64,000 nucleotides of DNA from an uncultured bacterium (lineage in GTDB: Bacteria; Patescibacteriota; JABMPQ01; CAVVCK01). The stretch lies in the NCBI GenBank assembly GCA_963746775.1, contig CAVVCK010000002.1, positions 139,571-203,570 on the forward strand, given 5' to 3'. The notes under the pieces are model-generated. The model saw nothing but the letters and a program-made list of their open reading frames with translations, did no database searches and was not told the DNA's origin. This document shows, piece by piece, positions 57,949 through 64,000 of this stretch (its first letter is position 1; each line of letters opens with the position of its first letter). Position numbers and translations under genes: made by a program.

Positions 57949-58203
57949 ATGAATGAACAATTTAGGGAAAATCCTGAAAATGAAAAAGATAAAAGTTATG
58001 AAGCAATAATAACAGCTATGGAAAAACAAAGAATTACACTTGAAAAAATAAATGAAGAACAAAGAAAAGACAATCCTGATACTGAACTTTTAAAAACTCT
58101 TATGGAACAAATGGAAGAAGCAAACAAAGAGGCTGGAATAGCTTGGAGCATTTTTAAAAAATCTATGGAAAATAGCCATGAGCAAGAGGTAGCTGGAGAA
58201 TAA
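57949..58203 (+). CDS. hypothetical acidic helical protein
   Basis: 84-aa ORF, E/K-rich. No motif. Confidence 0.3.
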   Translation: MNEQFRENPENEKDKSYEAIITAMEKQRITLEKINEEQRKDNPDTELLKTLMEQMEEANKEAGIAWSIFKKSMENSHEQEVAGE

Positions 58204-58331
58204 TTATTATAAGTAAATATTTATTTTGCCCATGTTTTAAATATTTTTCATTACTAATATCCTTGAGATCACCCGCGAGATAAAAATTAGAAATATCCTG
58301 AGAATAAATTGTCTGTATAAAAAATAAATTT

Positions 58332-58700
58332 ATGCAAAATAATAAAACAAATGCCACTAGAAATGACTGGCAGAAAATAGTTCCCCTGCCCCCTGAAAAG
58401 GAAAGGCTGGAAATTGAATTAGAATATAATTCCGCTGAAATTGAAAAAATAAAGAAAGGTTTTATTCCCAGGCAAATGGAAGATAAGTGGTTTATATTTT
58501 ACGAAAAAAATATATTATACTTCCACCGAAGTTGGACTGGCTATTGTATATATGAAGTTCATTTTGAGAAATATGACGATCTTTATAAATCAGTAAAAAT
58601 ATATACAAATAGAAATACAGACCAGCATAAAAACACAGATGCAGATTACGATCAGAAGCTATTAGTTTCTTTAGTTGATATATTTTTATTAAAAAGATAA
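58332..58700 (+). CDS. hypothetical protein
   Basis: 122-aa ORF on the same strand as its neighbours. No motif. Confidence 0.35.
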   Translation: MQNNKTNATRNDWQKIVPLPPEKERLEIELEYNSAEIEKIKKGFIPRQMEDKWFIFYEKNILYFHRSWTGYCIYEVHFEKYDDLYKSVKIYTNRNTDQHKNTDADYDQKLLVSLVDIFLLKR

Positions 58701-58788
58701 TTTTTCTAATTTATTTTAGCAATTAATTCTCTAATTCAAATAGTCTTAATAAACAAGAAGGCTATTTATATATAATTAAAATTAAAAA

Positions 58789-59418
58789 ATGAAAACAAAA
58801 CTAACGGAAATTGATCTTAAAAAATCATATTCTGATCTTCTGGAATATTTTGCCCGATATGATTTTTATTTTTTTATTTTTACTATTTGTGCCACAACCA
58901 TCTGTTTTATAGGATTTGTCATGGGCAGTTCAGCCATAATTATTGGATCAATGGTGCTATCACCCTTGTTATATCCTGTTATTGCTATTGTGATTTCTCT
59001 TTTCCAAGGTGATTGGAAAGTTTTTATAAAATCATTATTTCTTTTATTGATCGGTTTTGTCTTAGTAATAGCATTATCATCTATATTAGCCATGTTTTTT
59101 AAAATCGACCTTGGGGGGAAAGAGCTAATAGAAAGAATAGAAGCTGATATAATTTTGTATTTTATTGTTGCTTTCGTGTCAGGATTTGCAGGAATGTTTT
59201 GCTTCTTATGGCCAAAAGCATTGGAAGCTATGACTGGTATTGCTATAGCTATTGCTCTGCTACCTCCCCTGGTAATTTTAGGAATATCCTTTTCTAATAA
59301 TCACATTTTCTTTCAACAATCACTGGAAATAGTATTAATAAATAGCGCCGGCATACTGCTGGGAGCAATGTTGGCCTTATTTTTAGTTAAAATAGGTAAG
59401 AGATTAACACAGTCTTAG
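58789..59418 (+). CDS. integral membrane protein, possibly DUF389 family
   Basis: 209 aa, 6 TM helices. MVLSPLLYPV resembles the conserved SPLM.P segment of DUF389. Weak. Confidence 0.4.
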   Translation: MKTKLTEIDLKKSYSDLLEYFARYDFYFFIFTICATTICFIGFVMGSSAIIIGSMVLSPLLYPVIAIVISLFQGDWKVFIKSLFLLLIGFVLVIALSSILAMFFKIDLGGKELIERIEADIILYFIVAFVSGFAGMFCFLWPKALEAMTGIAIAIALLPPLVILGISFSNNHIFFQQSLEIVLINSAGILLGAMLALFLVKIGKRLTQS

Positions 59419-59508
59419 TCTAATTATTCGCAGAAAATAAAACATGGCCTTAGTAAAACAATAATTTTACTTAAACGAAGGTTAAAAACTTAATTAATCA
59501 GATCCCTT

Positions 59509-59748
59509 ATGTCCCAAATCCCCAAATGCATGAGCACTCAACATCCTGATAATGTTAATTCTCCTTTCTTTGCTGAAAGCACAGAGCTAGATAGCGAAGA
59601 TGAAATACAAGAAGCTTATGATTATAAAACCAACAAAAAGCACAAAGAAATAACTGATAATATTTTAGAAAAACTTAAAAAATGCAATGACGATAATTTA
59701 AGCGAAAGTATTTTGCGAGCTGCTCATGTAAGAAAATTTTTGGGATAA
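59509..59748 (+). CDS. hypothetical small protein
   Basis: 79-aa ORF. No motif. Confidence 0.3.
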   Translation: MSQIPKCMSTQHPDNVNSPFFAESTELDSEDEIQEAYDYKTNKKHKEITDNILEKLKKCNDDNLSESILRAAHVRKFLG

Positions 59749-59774
59749 ATTTATTCATAAATAATTAAAACAAA

Positions 59775-60677
59775 ATGCATATCCCCAGCCACATGGTCCA
59801 AGGACCAATTTGCCCGATCACTGCCGCTGTTAGCGTAGCCGGAATTTCTCTCGCCGCTTATTTAGTAATAAAATCAAAGAATAAGCCGAGAGCTTTATAT
59901 ATCGCCGCCGTAGCTGCTTTTATTTTTGCTAGTCAAATGATTAATTTTCCAGTGCAAAATGGAACATCGGGTCACTTACTTGGAGCAACCCTAGCCACAG
60001 CCTTGCTTGGCATGCCTTTAGGTATTTTAGTTATGAGTATCGTTTTAACTATCCAATGCTTAATTTTCGCTGATGGCGGACTCTCAGTTTTGGGTGCTAA
60101 TATTTTAAATATGGCTATTATTGGATCACTGGCCGGAGGATTTATTAATCAATATTTTTTAAAAACAAAAATATCTATCTTAAAAAAATACTCTTACTTA
60201 GGTCTGGCTTCTTGGATATCCGTTGTCATGGTAACTCTCGCCTGCAGCCTAGAATTAACTTTTTCTAAAACAATAGAATTATCTAAAGTTTTACCAGCTA
60301 TGCTTAGCGTTCATGCTCTAATAGGAATTGGCGAAGCCTTAATTACAGTGGGAGCTTTTTATTTATTTTCTTCTAAAGTATTAATAAAATCTAAAAAGTT
60401 TTCTTTTGGTTTACCGTTAATCACAGCTGCTATAATCGGATTAATGTTAAGCCCTTTTGCTTCTTCTTATCCCGATGGCTTAGAATGGGCAGCAGAAAAA
60501 TATGAATTTCTACATGAAGCAGCGCCAGCCTTTGTTACTCCCCTGCCTGATTACACTATTCCTGCAATTAATAATGAAATAATATCAAGTGGATTAGCTG
60601 GGCTGTTAGGAGTTGTGATAACTTTTTTATTGGTTTTAGGTACAACAAAATTAATTACTCAATTTCAAAATAAATGA
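59775..60677 (+). CDS. ECF-type metal transporter substrate component CbiM/NikM-like fused to C-terminal PDGLE domain
   Basis: 300 aa. The N-terminal MHIPSHMVQGP is the CbiM MHIxEG start. There are 6-7 TM helices. The C-terminal domain contains SSYPDGLEWAAEKYEF (PDGLE motif). Confidence 0.65.
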   Translation: MHIPSHMVQGPICPITAAVSVAGISLAAYLVIKSKNKPRALYIAAVAAFIFASQMINFPVQNGTSGHLLGATLATALLGMPLGILVMSIVLTIQCLIFADGGLSVLGANILNMAIIGSLAGGFINQYFLKTKISILKKYSYLGLASWISVVMVTLACSLELTFSKTIELSKVLPAMLSVHALIGIGEALITVGAFYLFSSKVLIKSKKFSFGLPLITAAIIGLMLSPFASSYPDGLEWAAEKYEFLHEAAPAFVTPLPDYTIPAINNEIISSGLAGLLGVVITFLLVLGTTKLITQFQNK

Positions 60678-61210
60678 AAATAACCTTCGAAAAAAACATA
60701 AAAGAAAACCAAGTAAAAAATATTGCTGAAAAAATGTTAATTGCAGCTCGTACTGCTCCTAAAGCCCACGGCATTGATAATTTGGAAATTGCCTTATTAG
60801 AAAAAGAAGGAATAAAAGAAGTCTCGAATAAATTGATAGAAATGGCTGAAAAAGAAAATGCTCCGGAATTCTTTAAGCGCGATGCTCAAAATATTCTTCA
60901 AGCAGAATGTCTTGTTTTAATTGGTACAAAAATATGCCCTATGGGGCTTGATTGCAAATTATGCGGATTTAAGAGCTGCAGAGAAAAAAAAGAAAATCCC
61001 AGTCATCCTTGTATTTTCAATACTGGAGATCTAGGTATAGCTATCGGTTCTATGGTAAGTAAGGCTTCCGATAACCGAATTGATAATAGAATTATGTATT
61101 CTGTAGGACAAACAGCAGTAAAAATGAAATTATTAGGAGAAGATATAAAAATTGCTTACGGCATTCCTCTATCAGCTAAAGCTAAAAATCCATTTTTTGA
61201 TAGAAAATAA
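60674..61210 (+). CDS. hypothetical Cys-containing soluble protein coupled to cbiM (ATGA overlap); possibly DUF2148-like
   Basis: 178 aa. CPMGLDCKLCGFKSC cluster. The start overlaps the upstream stop. Confidence 0.4.
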   Translation: MKITFEKNIKENQVKNIAEKMLIAARTAPKAHGIDNLEIALLEKEGIKEVSNKLIEMAEKENAPEFFKRDAQNILQAECLVLIGTKICPMGLDCKLCGFKSCREKKENPSHPCIFNTGDLGIAIGSMVSKASDNRIDNRIMYSVGQTAVKMKLLGEDIKIAYGIPLSAKAKNPFFDRK

Positions 61211-61219
61211 TTTAAATAT

Positions 61220-61615
61220 ATGAATATTCTCCATATTCTATTTTCCGGCTTTATTGTTTCTATTGCTTGGTTTTTGATAGGATCTGTTTTATATGTTAAT
61301 CCTACCGTTGGAAAAATTTACAAAAGATTAGAAAACGATCCAGGCATGAAGAAGTGGAAAAGCAAAACAAAATACATAACTTATATGTACCTTTTAGGAA
61401 CACTAGCCCCTTGTCTAATTATGGCTATTTTCTACGAATTCATTGCCCCTATTAACCCTCTGCAATTCGGACTAATATTAATCGGCATTAGAATTATTCC
61501 TCGTTTCTTCGATATGTGGATTCAATCTTCCTATCCTAACAAGCTTCTATATGTTGAAATTATTAATGGAACTATTTTAAGCTTTATGGCAGCTTTGGTT
61601 TTAAATTATACTTAA
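61220..61615 (+). CDS. hypothetical membrane protein
   Basis: 131 aa with 3-4 hydrophobic helices. Confidence 0.35.
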   Translation: MNILHILFSGFIVSIAWFLIGSVLYVNPTVGKIYKRLENDPGMKKWKSKTKYITYMYLLGTLAPCLIMAIFYEFIAPINPLQFGLILIGIRIIPRFFDMWIQSSYPNKLLYVEIINGTILSFMAALVLNYT

Positions 61616-61621
61616 AAAATT

Positions 61622-62098
61622 ATGAAACAATCATTAAAAACCGGACTTAGTTTCGGCCTAACTTCAGGGATAATAACTACTTTAGGCCTAATAGTCGGTC
61701 TTAATGCTGGTACTGGATCTAGGATTACTGTTATTGTCGGTATTTTGATTATTGCCATCGCCGATGCTATGTCAGATGCTTTAGGCATCCATATTTCCGA
61801 AGAAGCCGAGAGAAGAAATACCACCGGAGAAATATGGGAATCAACTATATCTACTTTTATAACTAAATTTGCCTTCGCTATTACTTTTATTTTTCCAGTT
61901 TTATTTCTGCCCCTAGATATTGCTGTTATAATAAGCGTTACCTGGGGACTTTTGTTACTTGGTGCCTTCAGTTTTTACATTGCTAAAGTACAAAGAGAAA
62001 GTGCCGGACGAATAGTTACTGAACACTTATTAATTGCTATTTTAGTAGTCCTAGCTACAAACTATATAGGTTCTAAAATTAATGTTATCTTTAAATAA
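61622..62098 (+). CDS. VIT1/CCC1-like (DUF125) membrane protein, tentative
   Basis: 158 aa. GLSFGLTSGIITTLGLIVGL and ADAMSDALGIHISEEAE resemble VIT-family helices. Confidence 0.45.
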   Translation: MKQSLKTGLSFGLTSGIITTLGLIVGLNAGTGSRITVIVGILIIAIADAMSDALGIHISEEAERRNTTGEIWESTISTFITKFAFAITFIFPVLFLPLDIAVIISVTWGLLLLGAFSFYIAKVQRESAGRIVTEHLLIAILVVLATNYIGSKINVIFK

Positions 62099-62100
62099 TC

Positions 62101-62850
62101 ATGGATCTTTATATAATCATTATTGCCAGTCTTGTTACTTTTATAAGCGCTTGGTTTAGTTCTTTAGCGGGCGGAGGAGGATTAATTGTTACACCGGTAT
62201 TAATTTCTTTAGGCATACCCTTACCTATAATTTTAGGTTGCCGAAGACTAACGGTTCTAGGTGGAAATATTACTGGCTTTATTAAATTTTCCCAGTGGAA
62301 AAAAATTGATTATAAGATTACTATATTTTTATCTATCTTTGGAATAATAGGTGCAGTTATTGGTAATTTATTTGTAGAAAATATAAATGAGTTTATTTTA
62401 AAGAAAATTATTGGTTCAATAATAATAATTTTTGCCATATTATTATTTCTTGAAAATAAAGCCTTTATAAAAAATTTAAAGGGTAAATTATACAAACATA
62501 GAAAAATTATCGGTCCGCCTATGGCAATACTGGCTATATTTTTGAGCGTTATAATAGGTGGTGGCGGAGCTGTTGTGTTTACTTATCTTTTGATTATGAT
62601 ATATAGCAACACCATCTTAGAATCATCGGGTAATAGAAAAATGCCTATTTTCTTTGGCAGCTTGATTTCTCTAATTTTATTTATTAAAGCAGGATTTATT
62701 AACTATCCCTTAGCAATTTCTATGTTTATTGCACATGCCCTGGGAGGCTGGTTTGGTTCTCAGTTTTTCCTTAAAAAAGGTGAAAAAGGAGTTAGAACCT
62801 TCTTTTTTATTATAATAATAATTTTAGGTTTTAAAATATTATTTTTCTAA
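62101..62850 (+). CDS. TauE/SafE (TSUP, DUF81) family anion exporter
   Basis: 249 aa. SLAGGGGLIVTPVLISLGIP at the N-terminus and GGGGAVVFTYLL internally are repeated Gly-rich motifs of TSUP proteins. Confidence 0.7.
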   Translation: MDLYIIIIASLVTFISAWFSSLAGGGGLIVTPVLISLGIPLPIILGCRRLTVLGGNITGFIKFSQWKKIDYKITIFLSIFGIIGAVIGNLFVENINEFILKKIIGSIIIIFAILLFLENKAFIKNLKGKLYKHRKIIGPPMAILAIFLSVIIGGGGAVVFTYLLIMIYSNTILESSGNRKMPIFFGSLISLILFIKAGFINYPLAISMFIAHALGGWFGSQFFLKKGEKGVRTFFFIIIIILGFKILFF

Positions 62851-63388
62851 TATGAATAAATTTGTAATTAAAAACAGTCAATTAATTAAGTCAGAAAAAG
62901 CTAATATTTCAGTCTTTAATAAGGCTTTATTTTTGATTTTGTTGTTTATTCTAACATGATGGAAATATTAGAGAAGGTACTAGATCCAGCTTTTTTGTTA
63001 TAAAAAATAATATTTTGATAATCCCACCCAAAAAGAAGATATTACTCGTAAAATAATTTTAGAAATTGCACCACAAATCCTAAAAGTAAAAGAAGATGAT
63101 ATTCCTCTGAAAAATATTAAAAATTATGATGAATATTTTATAGACAATGCTAGCATAAATATAATGCCAGTTAGACAAATAGATAATACGATTTTATTAG
63201 AAAGTACTGGTAAAAATACTAAAAAATTGATAGAATTATATAAATGCTATAGAACATAAGTATTTTTATTATTTTTACTAAATCCGTTTTATTCCGCATT
63301 ATCCGCTATTTTGCTATAGCAGATAATGCGGATTTAAGCAGATAAGCGGAAAATATGTAAATTTTTCAATTATTATAAATATAAATAA

Positions 63389-64000
63389 ATGTACCAAAAA
63401 ACAAAAAAATATATATTTAATATATTAGAGGCATCTTCTCCGCAAAATATTTTTAGCCGTTTATTTGATAGTTTCATCATGATCTTAATCATTTTTAATG
63501 TACTATTTATTATATTAGAAACTGTCCAAAGTATCTCCGCCAGTTATGATTATTACTTTAAAATATTTGAAACCGTCTCTGTTATCATTTTTACAGTTGA
63601 ATATCTCGTTCGTCTCTGGTCATGCAATGCTGATGAGCGATATAAGGGCTTAATTAAAGGAAGATTAAGATTCGCTCTACAGCCTATTATTTTAGTAGAT
63701 TTAATTGCTATCCTGCCTTTTTATTTACCCATGTTTATGACTTTCGATTTAGTTATTCTGCGAGCTCTGCGATTAGTCAGATTATTTAGATTATTTAAAA
63801 TGGAGAGATATGTTAAATCCTTAAAGATTATTAGAAGGGTAACAAAATCTAAAAAAGAAGAGTTGCTAGTTGCTATTTTTGTAGTGCTGATATTATTAGT
63901 GATAACTTCCAGCATGATGTATTTTATTGAACATAAAGCGCAACCAGAGGCTTTTGCTAATATACCAGCCGCTATGTGGTGGGGTGCTTCTACTCTAACT
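63389..64000 (+). CDS. voltage-gated ion channel (Kv-like), 5' part; continues beyond window end
   Basis: Open frame from ATG 63389 to the window edge. S4 voltage sensor LRALRLVRLFRLFK (Arg every third residue). S5 follows, and the pore helix is approaching (AMWWGASTLT...). It is absent from the ORF track because no stop lies in the window. Confidence 0.75.
   Translation, partial: MYQKTKKYIFNILEASSPQNIFSRLFDSFIMILIIFNVLFIILETVQSISASYDYYFKIFETVSVIIFTVEYLVRLWSCNADERYKGLIKGRLRFALQPIILVDLIAILPFYLPMFMTFDLVILRALRLVRLFRLFKMERYVKSLKIIRRVTKSKKEELLVAIFVVLILLVITSSMMYFIEHKAQPEAFANIPAAMWWGASTLT

Overview
This is a low-GC (about 30%), gene-dense bacterial window, Patescibacteria/CPR-like by composition (an inference). 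Most genes are on the minus strand.

Part 1 - what is in the window:
- 0.3-2.9 kb: GIY-YIG small nuclease, infC-rpmI-rplT (IF3 almost certainly starts at a non-AUG AUU/AUA codon upstream of the tracked ATG), and a Nif3-like protein.
- 2.9-8.3 kb: operon of a GT4 glycosyltransferase, a membrane protein and a secreted HExxH zinc protease with FG-GAP repeats.
- 8.4-14.3 kb: pyrimidine block. It holds a CodA-like amidohydrolase, an ArgG fused to a C-terminal MGS-like domain, pyrD, pyrK, pyrE and a yeast URA3-like pyrF.
- 14.5-16.9 kb: ribD-ribBA.
- 17.0-17.5 kb: a type IV pilin.
- 17.6-36.2 kb: an island of very large secreted proteins. These are a frameshifted beta-propeller-repeat protein, a Cys-rich protein, an M4 thermolysin-like protease and an NHL-repeat protein. 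All carry FG-GAP-like C-terminal modules. Three of them share a ~300 aa paralogous C-terminal domain plus a conserved 3' UTR.
- 22.7-23.7 kb: a ~1 kb GC-rich ORF-free region that looks like a structured RNA.
- 23.7-26.4 kb: DNA-repair cluster (SplB-like radical SAM protein plus two AlkD-like proteins).
- 26.5-47.5 kb: HlyD-like adaptor, PAS/coiled-coil protein, two paralogous secreted proteins (one with perfect 60-bp tandem repeats), M23 peptidase, two MazG-like proteins, an ATP-grasp ligase, a U32 peptidase, and a radical-SAM-like protein preceded by a coupled 51-aa Lys-rich ORF.
- 47.6-52.9 kb: tRNA-Asn, rpoD (with a poly-Lys N-terminus), dnaG, a RhuM/Fic protein and a tyrosine recombinase.
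- 53.7-56.3 kb: GC-richer zone of small genes with two 137-bp direct repeats that each contain a perfect 11-bp palindrome.
- 57-64 kb: MBL-fold protein, a second GIY-YIG protein, CbiM-PDGLE, VIT-like and TauE-like membrane proteins, and a partial voltage-gated K+ channel.
- Structural RNAs and repeats: one tRNA is supported, several intrinsic terminators are visible, and there is no CRISPR array.

Part 2 - most interesting observations: the modular FG-GAP surface-protein island (with the frameshift inside a (GATACT)n tract), the ArgG-MGS fusion inside a pyr cluster that lacks pyrB/pyrC/carAB, the unassigned GC-rich RNA-like locus, the repeated palindromic leaders at 54.6 and 55.8 kb, and the radical SAM protein with its coupled small ORF.

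All protein assignments rest on motifs read directly from the translations. No database searches were run.
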